63,059 bases of DNA, taken from the NCBI GenBank assembly GCA_030705825.1, contig JAUZPR010000005.1:1-63059 (forward strand), given 5' to 3'. Shown here one piece after another: positions 37,942 to 47,421 of this stretch. Made by a program: the position numbers and the translations under genes. The stretch's first letter is position 1. Each line of letters starts with the position of its first letter. The notes under the pieces are model-generated. The model was not told where the DNA came from and did no database searches. It saw nothing but the letters and a program-made list of their open reading frames with translations. This DNA comes from Bacillota bacterium. GTDB taxonomy: Bacteria; Bacillota; Clostridia; Acetivibrionales; JANLFN01.

Positions 37942-38733
37942 TTATAGCATTCTCTCCAATTTTATACCTATTCTGCCCTTTTTAGTCATTCCTCCTACTG
38001 ATTTTACTACAACACGGCCTTTTCCCTTAATTGAAATGGTATCGCTTTCCTTTACTATTTTGGAAGTACTGCTGACAGCCTCCCAGTTAAGGCTAACCTT
38101 TTCGGCTTTGATGAATTCCGTCATTTTACTTCTGGAAATTCCAAAACCAACGCTGGCTATACTGTCCAATCTAAGTGAAGCCACTGTTGAACTGATTTCC
38201 TTAACCTTGGGCTCGGGAACGCTTATCTCGGAAACATTGGTAATTTCCGTATCAAGTTCCGAATTACCGGCTTTAGTCAGGTTTGTTCTTATGTACTCTG
38301 CTATATCTTCCATTACAAGTACACTGCATGAATCTTCCCTGACAAAGATATCTCCTATTTTTTCACGTTTGATACCAAGTGCCATAAGTGCTCCGAGAAA
38401 ATCTCTGTGTGTAAGGATGTTTCTGCTTTTAATTGCAATGTTTAGAAGCTTGACAGGAGGCCTTTTATCGCAATCATCCTCGGATACAACGTCATTTGGA
38501 CTTAAAACCGCTATAGCCCGTTCAGCACCCGGATAGCCACTGAAAAAAGTAAGCTTGACTCCAGGCTGCGAAGACAGTGCCTTTTCCACCAGCTTCTGTT
38601 GATGTGGATCAAGGAAATCCGTAAACATGACAGTTCCCGAGGTTTCTGTTTTTTCAGCCCTGTCTAGAATCTTTGACAAAAGCATTCTATCATCTGAATT
38701 ATTGAATTTTTTAAGTAAATCTTTTTTATCCAT
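37942..38733 (-). CDS. ylmH: YlmH-like RNA-binding (S4 domain) protein
   Basis: 263 aa with a C-terminal S4-like segment (LRLDSIASVGFGISRSKMTEFIKAEKVSLN). Conserved position. Confidence 0.8.
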   Translation of the reverse strand: MDKKDLLKKFNNSDDRMLLSKILDRAEKTETSGTVMFTDFLDPHQQKLVEKALSSQPGVKLTFFSGYPGAERAIAVLSPNDVVSEDDCDKRPPVKLLNIAIKSRNILTHRDFLGALMALGIKREKIGDIFVREDSCSVLVMEDIAEYIRTNLTKAGNSELDTEITNVSEISVPEPKVKEISSTVASLRLDSIASVGFGISRSKMTEFIKAEKVSLNWEAVSSTSKIVKESDTISIKGKGRVVVKSVGGMTKKGRIGIKLERML

Positions 38734-38741
38734 AATAATTT

Positions 38742-39026
38742 TTAAAATAATGTATTAACTAATAATGCTCTGGCAATTATGCCTTTCAACAAATCCAAGA
38801 GCAGGAAAACTATAATAGGAGATAAATCTACCATAGTGTTTCTGCCTAATGCCGATCTTTCAAGCAGCGCTCTAACAGGTGCAAGTACAGGTTCCGTAAT
38901 TTGATAAAGCAGTCTTACCAACTGGTTGTTTTTCAAATTCGGTATCCATGAAATAATACACCTGATAAATACAGCTATCTCCAACAGCTCAATTAGTCGT
39001 ATTATTGCGGTATAAACAGTTAGCAT
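38742..39026 (-). CDS. YggT-family membrane protein
   Basis: 94 aa, two TM helices, ISWIP...P..L motif. Confidence 0.8.
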   Translation of the reverse strand: MLTVYTAIIRLIELLEIAVFIRCIISWIPNLKNNQLVRLLYQITEPVLAPVRALLERSALGRNTMVDLSPIIVFLLLDLLKGIIARALLVNTLF

Positions 39027-39038
39027 CTAAATCCTCCG

Positions 39039-39497
39039 TTATTTTACCCAGGGAAATACTCCCTTGTTGCGGAGTTCTTCCTTAAAGTCCCCCATAATGT
39101 CTACATTGTTTGGTGCAATCAGGAATATACCGGCAGAAACCTTCTGGATGCTTCCTTCAAGGGCATAAATAGAGCCGCTTAAAAAGTCTATGATCCTCTG
39201 AGCGGTTTCCTTCTCGACTTCCTCGAGATTTACGATAACAGGCTTCTTGCTTCTCAAATGGTCGCAAATATCCTGTGCATCGTCCATGTTTTCCGGCTGC
39301 ATGATAACTACCTTGATTTGAGCCTGTGAATGGATATTGACCACCTTGTTCTGCTGCTGACGCTTTAAAGGTGTTTGCATGAATTGAGGTTTTTGATAAT
39401 CGTCCTTTTCTTCTTCCTTTTCGTCAAGTATCTCTTCTTCCTCTTCCTCAGCTTCCCATCCCACAAAATTCAGCATTTTGTTGAATAACTTAGCCAT
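39039..39497 (-). CDS. sepF: Cell-division protein SepF
   Basis: Acidic linker then conserved C-terminal domain (PVIVNLE...AQRIIDFLSG..YAL.G.I). Confidence 0.9.
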   Translation of the reverse strand: MAKLFNKMLNFVGWEAEEEEEEILDEKEEEKDDYQKPQFMQTPLKRQQQNKVVNIHSQAQIKVVIMQPENMDDAQDICDHLRSKKPVIVNLEEVEKETAQRIIDFLSGSIYALEGSIQKVSAGIFLIAPNNVDIMGDFKEELRNKGVFPWVK

Positions 39498-39547
39498 TGT
39501 AAATTACCTCCTGTTCATCATTCGTTTAATGTATAATAAAATTTATT

Positions 39548-40255
39548 TCATGCTATATAATTCCGTCTTCCGAAAATAGCAGTTCCAATCCTTACTATAT
39601 TTGCTCCTTCCTCTATGGCAACTTCGAAATCATTACTCATACCCATGGAAAGAAAAGCCATATCTATATTATCAATATTTTCCTTATTTATGTCAATAAA
39701 TATTTTATGTAATTCTCTAAATACCGGCCTTACAGACTCAGGGTCTTCAGAAAAAGGAGCTATCGTCATAAGGCCCTTCACTTTTACATTCCTGTAAACT
39801 GCTGCTTCTTTAAGGAATTGCCTTACCTCTTCCGGAGCAATTCCGGACTTTGTTTCCTCTCCTGCAACATTTACCTGCACCAGTATATCAATAACTCGTC
39901 CGGCCTTTTCGGCCTTTTTATGAATTTCCTCGAGCAATTCAATACTATCAACAGAATGTATCATGGTGACCTTGTCGATAATATATTTTACCTTGTTGCT
40001 CTGCAAATGGCCTATAAGATGCCAATTGCAAGGTTCATTTATATTATCGTACTTTTTTAACAATTCCTGAACCCTATTTTCACCTAAATCTGAAATTCCT
40101 GCATTAATTGCCTTAATTATTCTTTCTTCCTCAACTGTTTTAGTTACAGCTATGATCCTTATATCTTCGGGCTTCCTGCCGCTTTTTACTGCAGCAGTTC
40201 CAACTCTTTTTCTAATATCCTCGATATTATTTTTTATATATTCTTCATCACTCAT
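39548..40255 (-). CDS. YggS-family pyridoxal-phosphate homeostasis protein
   Basis: 235 aa, AVTKT (PLP lysine), WHLIGHLQSNK, SMGMS. Confidence 0.9.
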   Translation of the reverse strand: MSDEEYIKNNIEDIRKRVGTAAVKSGRKPEDIRIIAVTKTVEEERIIKAINAGISDLGENRVQELLKKYDNINEPCNWHLIGHLQSNKVKYIIDKVTMIHSVDSIELLEEIHKKAEKAGRVIDILVQVNVAGEETKSGIAPEEVRQFLKEAAVYRNVKVKGLMTIAPFSEDPESVRPVFRELHKIFIDINKENIDNIDMAFLSMGMSNDFEVAIEEGANIVRIGTAIFGRRNYIA

Positions 40256-41529
40256 TGGTTTATCATCTGGCCTTCCTTTATATTTGTCGGGTTTACTATG
40301 TAGGTATCATAAAGAGCAATACTGTCTTCCTTCTGTCCTTCAAAATTCTCAATTATTGCATTTTCCTTGTTTTTACCTGTAATTTTAACCTGTTTTAATG
40401 TTGCATAATTAGCATCCAACACAAAAATATCAGCTTTTCCATTACTTAAATCAATGTTTTTCAGGCTTGAAACAGGAACCTCCAAACCGCTGTATGAGCT
40501 TTTTATCAAATCTGCATTGATTCTTCTCAAACCCGAGATCTGATTGGTATATTGATCGGTCGATACAGACAAAATGCATTTTCCCGACTCTTCATTTGAT
40601 TTATATTCAACCGAAGCAGATACAACCTGTGCAATATCGTTCATACGTACCTTTACACTGTCCCCGATTTTAAAGCTTCCCGCATCCTGTGCATCAAGCA
40701 CAAATACCATATGGTATTCAAAGTCCTTTATTATTTTTGCGAAGGGTTTTCCTGCCTGAACAATAATATTCGCATTTTTTACAGGTTTTCCTGCTTTTAT
40801 ACTATTTATTGTTTTCACTGCAAGCTGGCTTATGGCCTCAGGGTTTAATACAGCTTCGTTTCCGTCTGTACTATATGAAATAATCCCTGGATACTTTGAA
40901 ATTATTTCCCTTGTATTCTGCTTTAATTGGTCATTCAGGTTCTTTTTCTGCTGATACAATGAATTTAAGAAAGCGTCTGGAGTTCCTCCGTTACCCATAA
41001 TCTGCGTCTTTTTCTGAATCAATGAATTTATATCATCGGTATACTGTTTGATTCCGCTCATGTCATCATTATTGCTTGAACCAATGATGGATGTTACATC
41101 CTTATCTATATCCGAATCAAGCTTCTTAATGTCATCAGAGAAAAAATTCTGGTTTTTATTTCTTTCCTTCAGAGCTTGCGTTATACGTAAATCCAAAGTC
41201 TTGATATTGCTTAATATTTTTTCCGACGAATCGTTCAAAATTGTGGCAACACCGAAGTTATAGGGGACTTTTTCGCCTTCCTCAGCTTCACGTATACATT
41301 TTCCGTTAAAGGGCGATATAAGGACTTCTTCGTTTCTCACAACGATACCGTCAACATTTATGCTGTCCTCGATTGTACCCATTCTGATCAAATCGGTGTG
41401 AATGCTGCTTCCGCCCATCCAGTGGAACAATGAAGGAATATAGACTATAAGGAATAGTGCTACTATAAAACTTCCGATTTTAAGTTTTCTGTTTTTACCT
41501 TTTCTTTTGTTCTTTTCCTGTTCTTCCAT
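40252..41529 (-). CDS. Membrane-anchored HlyD/membrane-fusion-like protein, function unknown
   Basis: N-terminal basic tail and one TM, long coiled-coil middle, beta-rich C-terminus. Start at ATG 41529 (AGGTGG RBS). The family assignment is tentative. Confidence 0.4.
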   Translation of the reverse strand: MEEQEKNKRKGKNRKLKIGSFIVALFLIVYIPSLFHWMGGSSIHTDLIRMGTIEDSINVDGIVVRNEEVLISPFNGKCIREAEEGEKVPYNFGVATILNDSSEKILSNIKTLDLRITQALKERNKNQNFFSDDIKKLDSDIDKDVTSIIGSSNNDDMSGIKQYTDDINSLIQKKTQIMGNGGTPDAFLNSLYQQKKNLNDQLKQNTREIISKYPGIISYSTDGNEAVLNPEAISQLAVKTINSIKAGKPVKNANIIVQAGKPFAKIIKDFEYHMVFVLDAQDAGSFKIGDSVKVRMNDIAQVVSASVEYKSNEESGKCILSVSTDQYTNQISGLRRINADLIKSSYSGLEVPVSSLKNIDLSNGKADIFVLDANYATLKQVKITGKNKENAIIENFEGQKEDSIALYDTYIVNPTNIKEGQMINQ

Positions 41530-41577
41530 TTGTCCACCTATGAAAGTACTTATCAACAAGTCCTTTTGGGATAATAT

Positions 41578-42870
41578 TTATAAATTAATAATGCCTCTGT
41601 CCATCATATTCTGAATTGCTATGAGCACCCCCAGCTTCACATGCTCGTAAACAAGGCCTCCCTGCATATAAGCAATATACGGTTCTTTAATAGGGGCATC
41701 TGCGCTCAGTTCTATGGATGATCCTTGAATAAAAGCACCTGCAGCCATTATTACAGGTGAATCGTAACCTGGCATATCCCATGGCTCGGGAGTAACAAAA
41801 GAATCTACTGCAGAGCCCTTTTGTATACCCTGGCAAAAAGCTATAAGACTATCCGGGTTTCCGAATTTAACAGCCTGAATAATATCACTGCGCTTTTCCT
41901 CTGTAAACGGGGAAGTTTCAAAACCCAGCATCTTCATTAATGCAGCGCAGAATACTGCTCCTTTGAGGCTCTCACCGACTACATGCGGTGCCATAAACAA
42001 CCCCTGGAACATCAGTCTGTTATTTCCAAGAGATGAACCTACCTTTTTACCCACACCAGGTGTAGTCAACCTTTCAGCCGCTTTTTTTACATACAGGCTT
42101 TTCCCTGCAATATATCCACCGGTTGGAGCAAGTCCTCCGCCCGGATTCTTTATCAATGATCCTGCTACAATGTCGGCACCGGCTTCTGTAGGTTCCCGGT
42201 CCTCAACAAATTCTCCATAGCAGTTGTCAACCATAACAATTACATCTTTATTAATATTTTTTATAATATTTATAGCTTTTTCAATATCAACTATTTTGAT
42301 TGAAGGTCTCCAGCAATATCCTCTGGACCTTTGTATCATTACCATTTTTGTCTTGTCGGTGATTACGTCAGGCAAAGCATTATAATCAATAGAATTGTCG
42401 TTGGTCAGTTCAAGCTGTCTGTAAGTAATTCCAAATTCCTTAAGGGAACCTCCGCCTTCTCCTCTTATGCCTATGACTTCTTCAAGCGTGTCATACGGCT
42501 TACCGGTTATGGATAACAGCTGGTCGCCAGGTCTTAGATTACCAAACAAACATAAGGCAAGTGCATGTGTGCCCGATACTATCTGATGCCGAACAAGTGC
42601 ATCTTCAGCCTTGAAAACGCTTGCATAAACCGAATCCAACACTTCCCTGCCCCTGTCATCATACCCGTAACCCGTGGTTCCTGCAAAATGAGTATCGCTT
42701 AGATTATTATCCTGCATTGCTTTAATAACTTTAAGCTGGTTATATTCTGCGTTTGTATTTATATTGTCAATTATTTCTCTTATATCTTTTTCGACCGCTT
42801 TGGAAATTTCAATAACACTTTCACTTATGGAAAATTCATTTATTAGCATATTCTGCGCCTTGATATTCAT
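41578..42870 (-). CDS. PLP-dependent Cys/Met-metabolism-fold enzyme (YnbB / aluminium-resistance family)
   Basis: 430 aa, GYGYDDRGRE, SGTHAL and IKNPGGGLAP motifs typical of the YnbB family. Confidence 0.7.
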   Translation of the reverse strand: MNIKAQNMLINEFSISESVIEISKAVEKDIREIIDNINTNAEYNQLKVIKAMQDNNLSDTHFAGTTGYGYDDRGREVLDSVYASVFKAEDALVRHQIVSGTHALALCLFGNLRPGDQLLSITGKPYDTLEEVIGIRGEGGGSLKEFGITYRQLELTNDNSIDYNALPDVITDKTKMVMIQRSRGYCWRPSIKIVDIEKAINIIKNINKDVIVMVDNCYGEFVEDREPTEAGADIVAGSLIKNPGGGLAPTGGYIAGKSLYVKKAAERLTTPGVGKKVGSSLGNNRLMFQGLFMAPHVVGESLKGAVFCAALMKMLGFETSPFTEEKRSDIIQAVKFGNPDSLIAFCQGIQKGSAVDSFVTPEPWDMPGYDSPVIMAAGAFIQGSSIELSADAPIKEPYIAYMQGGLVYEHVKLGVLIAIQNMMDRGIINL

Positions 42871-43138
42871 GTATTAACCCCTTATATTTAAATGTTTTAA
42901 AAGTGCAAGGTATATTTTATTACATTAAAGGTACATAATTCAATATATTGCTCAATTATATTTTAGCCTATGCCTGTCCCTAATCATATAGGCTTATTTT
43001 ACTATTGTTCCTGAAATATTGGCCATAAACACATAAATCAGGTAAAATTCTTATTGTTTATTGTAAATTCCCATAACTGAAATATAATAATGGGAGAAAG
43101 TTTAAATACTAAAACTTAAATCAAACTTCGGAGTAAAT

Positions 43139-44044
43139 ATGATATTAAAGTACATTGTTGATGATTCAACAGCCGGATACACCGTAAAGCAAATATTAAA
43201 ATCAAGACTTTCACTTTCTACAAGACTGATAAATAAACTGAAATATCAGGATAAGATCCTGTGCAATTCAGTGTCGGTACACATAAATCATGTTGTTCAA
43301 AAAGGTTTTACCGTAGAAGTGTTAATAGAACTTGATGAAGAAAATAACTATATAGTCCCGGAAAATATTCCGGTAGATATAATCTATGAGGACGAGGCAA
43401 TAATTGCAGTTAACAAACAGCCCGGTATTGTTGTTCATCCTACATGCAGCCATCCCTCCGGAACAATAGCAAACGGACTTGTGAAATATTACAATGAAAA
43501 GGATATCTTTATAAAAATCCGGCCGGTAAGCAGGCTTGACAGGGATACTTCAGGCGTTATCATATTTGCAAAAAACCCTTATATCCAGGAATCACTTATA
43601 AAGCAGATGGGGTCTAACGGTTTTGAAAAAGAATACTATGGAATTGCGTCTGGCATTCTTGAGAACCGCTTCGGAACTATTGACCGGCCTATTGAAAGGA
43701 AACCCGGAAGTATAATGTTAAGGCATGTTTCAGAAACCGGCTCACCTTCTGTTACTAATTATGAAGTAATTGAATATCTTAATAATGCAACTTTTGTTAA
43801 ATTCCATCCTATAACAGGAAGGACACATCAAATAAGGGTTCACTGTCAATCCATAGGACATCCACTTATTGGAGATTTCCTCTATTCCGAAGAACAAACT
43901 TCTTCCGTCCAGACTGTAATAGAAAGACAAGCTCTCCATTCTTACAGGGTAAGCTTTTTTCATCCTATCACTTCCAAAAAGATAGAACTTTACGCTCCTA
44001 TACCCCCTGATTTTAATACTGCTTTGGAAATATTGAGAAAATAG
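43139..44044 (+). CDS. RluA-family 23S rRNA pseudouridine synthase (RluD-like)
   Basis: S4-like N-terminus, catalytic SRLDRDTSGVIIFAK, HQIRVH motif. Confidence 0.9.
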   Translation: MILKYIVDDSTAGYTVKQILKSRLSLSTRLINKLKYQDKILCNSVSVHINHVVQKGFTVEVLIELDEENNYIVPENIPVDIIYEDEAIIAVNKQPGIVVHPTCSHPSGTIANGLVKYYNEKDIFIKIRPVSRLDRDTSGVIIFAKNPYIQESLIKQMGSNGFEKEYYGIASGILENRFGTIDRPIERKPGSIMLRHVSETGSPSVTNYEVIEYLNNATFVKFHPITGRTHQIRVHCQSIGHPLIGDFLYSEEQTSSVQTVIERQALHSYRVSFFHPITSKKIELYAPIPPDFNTALEILRK

Positions 44045-44166
44045 CCTTGCTTTGTTTACAGTAATTTACATTAATGGTATTATATATATTATTCCACAAT
44101 AGTAGCTGCTTATAAGTATATATACTGCAATTAACTGTAACTTCACTTAACATAGGAGGAAAAAGT

Positions 44167-44739
44167 ATGGAGGTATTAAAGGAAAGGTATACAATTACCG
44201 AACTCAGCCAGCTTCTTAATGTTACAACTCACGCCTTACGTTTTTATGAAAAGGAATTCAATCTTTCAATTCCCAAGGATAACCGCGGCAGGCGTTTCTA
44301 CCCGACTGAATTTGCCAACGTAATGTATCAGATAAAGAACATGAGGGATGAAGGACTTGAAATAAAGGCAATAAAAAAGATACTTGATTCTGAAGGTATT
44401 GTGGGAGAACCACCTCCGGTAGTATTGGATAACGATACAACCAGCATTATGCCTGTTCAGAATAATCATAAAAATACTGATATAAGTCAATATTTCAATG
44501 ATTTCAGAGACCAGATTACCGGTTCCATTACAGCAGAAGCAGCCGCAACTAAAGAGGTTATCACCAGGGAGATAAGCAGAACAAAACTCGAATTGGGTGC
44601 TTGCGTTGAAAACAGTGTGCGAAAGCTGGAATTCAAAATGGACAGGCACTTTCAGGATGTCGACAAGATGCTTGGCCAATGGAGGGAGAAAAACAAAGGG
44701 AGTGCGGTAAAACGGTTTTTTAACAAAGTAATTAAATAA
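44167..44739 (+). CDS. MerR-family transcriptional regulator
   Basis: N-terminal HTH YTITELSQLLNVTTHALRFYEKE. The C-terminal half is uncharacterised. Confidence 0.8.
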   Translation: MEVLKERYTITELSQLLNVTTHALRFYEKEFNLSIPKDNRGRRFYPTEFANVMYQIKNMRDEGLEIKAIKKILDSEGIVGEPPPVVLDNDTTSIMPVQNNHKNTDISQYFNDFRDQITGSITAEAAATKEVITREISRTKLELGACVENSVRKLEFKMDRHFQDVDKMLGQWREKNKGSAVKRFFNKVIK

Positions 44740-44750
44740 AACTTGAGTTT

Positions 44751-44774
44751 AAAAAAGCGCATATGCGCTTTTTT
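44751..44774 (+). terminator. Intrinsic terminator after the MerR-family gene
   Basis: AAAAAAGCGCAT / ATGCGCTTTTTT perfect palindrome with a U-run. Confidence 0.85.
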
Positions 44775-44794
44775 TAATAAATAAAATTAAATAT

Positions 44795-44882
44795 ATCAAC
44801 TCCCCTGCCCCTCAATCTTGAGGGGATTCCATAGAAAGCTGGCAATGCTGGCGCATTGCCAGCTTTAAAGAGTATCTTTACC
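44795..44882 (+). repeat. 88-bp structured repeat, copy 1 (left flank of murI)
   Basis: Differs at only about 6-7 of 88 positions from 46096..46183. Contains hairpins CCCCTC-AATCTT-GAGGGG and a 14-bp perfect stem AAAGCTGGCAATGC/GCATTGCCAGCTTT. Confidence 0.9.
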
Positions 44883-45151
44883 ATTTCTAATAAGATTATT
44901 TTATATGAGTCAAGGTACAGCCCCTGACTCATATAAAGTTTCTTACCCTGCTCAAAAGGATTATATTATATCTATGTTCAAATATTTAAAAATTTAATAT
45001 TTAGCGAATGTATTCCTGTTTTGTACACTCCCATAATTATTGAATCTACATAAGAAAATGTTTAGCATAGATGGATTACATAACAAATGAAATAGAATTT
45101 CACATGTGTTAAAATAATATATAGATTTTAGTTATTGGGGGAATAGAAGAA

Positions 45152-45934
45152 GTGAAAATAGGTTTTTTTGATTCAGGTATCGGAGGTATTACTGTACTGT
45201 ACGATACATTAAAAGTGCTACCTGATGAAGATTACATATATTATGCAGATACATTAAATGTTCCATATGGGCCAAAACCCAAAGATGAAGTTAAAAAGTA
45301 TATTTTTAGTGCTATAGATTTTATTATGGAACAGGGAGTCAAGGCCATAGTTATTGCTTGTAATACTGCTACAACCGTAGCAATTGAAGAGTTACGGACT
45401 AAATACAGTATTCCGATCATTGGTATGGAACCTGCTGTAAAACCTGCTGTTGAGATAAATAGAGATATAGATAAACGAGTTCTGGTAACTGCGACAGCAT
45501 TGACTCTGAAGGAGGAAAAACTGCATAACCTTATTGCCAAATTAGATAGCGAGCATGTTATTGATTTTTTACCTCTTCCAGGACTGGTCCAATTTGCAGA
45601 AAAACTTGAATTTGATGAAAAAATAGTATTACCTTATCTTAAAGAACAGTTCTTTGATTATGATTTAAATAATTATGGAACTGTTGTTTTAGGATGTACT
45701 CATTTTTCTTACTTTAAGGACATGTTTAGAAAATTATTTCCATCAGATGTTAGTATAATCGATGGAAACATTGGTACTGCAAAAAATCTAAAAAGAATTT
45801 TAAAGGAAATGAATTTATTAAATGAAGGCAATGGTAGTATTACTTTCTATAATTTAGAAGTTAAGGCTGAGGATGAGGTAGAAATAGATAAATATAACAA
45901 ACTATTTAATAGACTTGATACCATTAATGAATGA
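45152..45934 (+). CDS. murI: Glutamate racemase
   Basis: GTG start. FDSGIGG, IACNTAT and GCTHFSY catalytic-Cys motifs. Confidence 0.9.
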   Translation: MKIGFFDSGIGGITVLYDTLKVLPDEDYIYYADTLNVPYGPKPKDEVKKYIFSAIDFIMEQGVKAIVIACNTATTVAIEELRTKYSIPIIGMEPAVKPAVEINRDIDKRVLVTATALTLKEEKLHNLIAKLDSEHVIDFLPLPGLVQFAEKLEFDEKIVLPYLKEQFFDYDLNNYGTVVLGCTHFSYFKDMFRKLFPSDVSIIDGNIGTAKNLKRILKEMNLLNEGNGSITFYNLEVKAEDEVEIDKYNKLFNRLDTINE

Positions 45935-46095
45935 AATTAAAACTCACCCCATATTATTAACGTCCCTTTTTACCTGTTTGATATTACAGCATATTTGCCC
46001 TCATTCAGTTCATCGTTATCGTTAATTTGCCTGTCCTGCCGTCTCATATGATATTTGGGCATATTCTATATCTCCCATCATAATAGATTCAGGTA

Positions 46096-46183
46096 ATCAA
46101 CTCCCCTGCCACTCAATCTTGAGGGGATTTCTTAGAAAGCTGGCAATGCTGACGCATTGCCAGCTTTAAAGAGTGTCTTTACC
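46096..46183 (+). repeat. 88-bp structured repeat, copy 2 (right flank of murI)
   Basis: Direct repeat of 44795..44882. The only change in the 14-bp stem-loop is in its loop (TGGC to TGAC). Confidence 0.9.
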
Positions 46184-46232
46184 GACACTACTCTATAATA
46201 TCTTTGTTCATTAAATTATCACCTTAAATTAC

Positions 46233-46265
46233 AAAAAAGCCTTTATCTTTGATAAAAGCTTTTTT
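46233..46265. terminator. Bidirectional intrinsic terminator (serves spo0A from the right)
   Basis: AAAAGCCTTTATC-TTT-GATAAAAGCTTTT with A-run and T-run flanks. Confidence 0.75.
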
Positions 46266-46287
46266 ATCAATATTGTTAAATTTTCAT

Positions 46288-46367
46288 CGACTGTCAATTG
46301 CCAACTATCAACTGTCATCTGCCTTGTTGTCAACTGTACATTGTCAATTGTACACTGTCAACTGTCA
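46288..46367 (-). repeat. Heptad-phased array (about 11 units, TGACAGT/GTACAGT on the spo0A strand) filling the spo0A 3' UTR
   Basis: + strand CTGT/TTGC/CTAT/CTGT/CTGC at 46291..46319 and TTGT/CTGT at 46327..46362, in 7-nt steps with one phase slip. Starts at the spo0A stop and ends about 20 nt before the terminator. Confidence 0.85.
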
Positions 46368-47171
46368 TCAGCTTACTTTAAGTTCAAGTCTCAGTTTATC
46401 TGCCACCATTGCAATAAATTCAGAATTTGTCGGTTTGCCTTTTCCAATGTTTACGGTGTAGCCAAAGAGTGAGTCTATTGTATCAACCTGTCCTCTGCTC
46501 CATGCTACTTCTATAGCATGCCTGATTGCCCTTTCAACTCTGCTGGGGGTAGTGTTGTATTCTCTGGCTATTGTCGGATATAACTGCTTCGTAATGGAAT
46601 TTATTATATCAAGGTCCTTTATGACCATGATTATCGCATCTCTAAGGTACTGATACCCTTTAATATGGGCCGGTACACCTATTTCATGCATAATATTGGT
46701 TACTTCGGCTTCTATGTTTTTAGGAGAAGATATGTAGTGTACGTTTTTAATTTCACTTGTATAATCGGATCTTATAACAGACGGCTGCTTTATATCTTTC
46801 AACTGTCTGATCCTGGAAACAAGAACATCCATGTCAAATGGTTTTACAACATAATATTCTGCACCGAGTGCCAGAGCCCTTTGTGTTATTTTATCCTGTC
46901 CGACTGCAGAAAGTATTATGAACAGCGGCCTTTTTGCCAACTGGACGGAATTAACCTTTTCCAGCACACCAAGGCCGTCAAGGTGGGGCATGATTATATC
47001 CAGTATAGCTATATCCGGCATTTTGTTTGTAATCAGCTCATAAGCTTCCATACCATCCCTTGCAACGCCCACTACTTCGATATCATTCTGGTTGTTCAGA
47101 TATTCGCATAAAATGTCGCCGAACTCTCTATTATCATCGGCTATAACAACCTGAATCTTCTTGTTAACCAA
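46368..47171 (-). CDS. spo0A: Sporulation master regulator Spo0A
   Basis: Receiver domain ([20 protein letters not shown]) and Spo0A-specific C-terminal domain ([43 protein letters not shown]). TTG start with a GGGGGA RBS. Confidence 0.97.
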   Translation of the reverse strand: MVNKKIQVVIADDNREFGDILCEYLNNQNDIEVVGVARDGMEAYELITNKMPDIAILDIIMPHLDGLGVLEKVNSVQLAKRPLFIILSAVGQDKITQRALALGAEYYVVKPFDMDVLVSRIRQLKDIKQPSVIRSDYTSEIKNVHYISSPKNIEAEVTNIMHEIGVPAHIKGYQYLRDAIIMVIKDLDIINSITKQLYPTIAREYNTTPSRVERAIRHAIEVAWSRGQVDTIDSLFGYTVNIGKGKPTNSEFIAMVADKLRLELKVS

Positions 47172-47225
47172 AATAAATTCCCCCTTAATAATTCCGTAAA
47201 CTTTATGTTCTCATTATATTTAGCT

Positions 47226-47232
47226 TTCGACA
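47226..47232 (-). promoter_or_regulatory. Perfect 0A box (TGTCGAA) upstream of spo0A
   Basis: Minus strand TTTTTGTCGAAAGC about 55 nt upstream of the start codon. Matches the Spo0A-binding consensus TGNCGAA. Confidence 0.5.
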
Positions 47233-47372
47233 AAAATTCAAGTATAAATTGTTAATATTTAGTATTATGTAATTAATATTCCAATTATTTATCACAAACG
47301 CTAACATGTAAAACATCTTAAAGTAATTGATTTCAGGCTATTTTTGGGTTTTTATACAACTCCTGATATTGT

Positions 47373-47410
47373 AAAAAAAAGTAATTGTTCGAGGAACAAT
47401 CACTTTTTTT
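47373..47410 (-). terminator. Intrinsic terminator after spoIVB
   Basis: Minus strand GTGATTGTTC-CTC-GAACAATTAC followed by U8. Confidence 0.75.
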
Positions 47411-47421
47411 ATTACCCTTAA

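Noticed and set aside
1-46370. Heptad arrays considered as CRISPR arrays, as peptide-repeat coding sequence or as clusters of Spo0A boxes
   Set aside because: Units of 7 nt with no spacers and no cas genes rule out CRISPR. A 7-nt period is out of frame for coding repeats. The TCGACTGT ends resemble the 0A box (TGNCGAA) only partially (AGTCGAA/AGTCGAT), so Spo0A binding is not supported by sequence alone.
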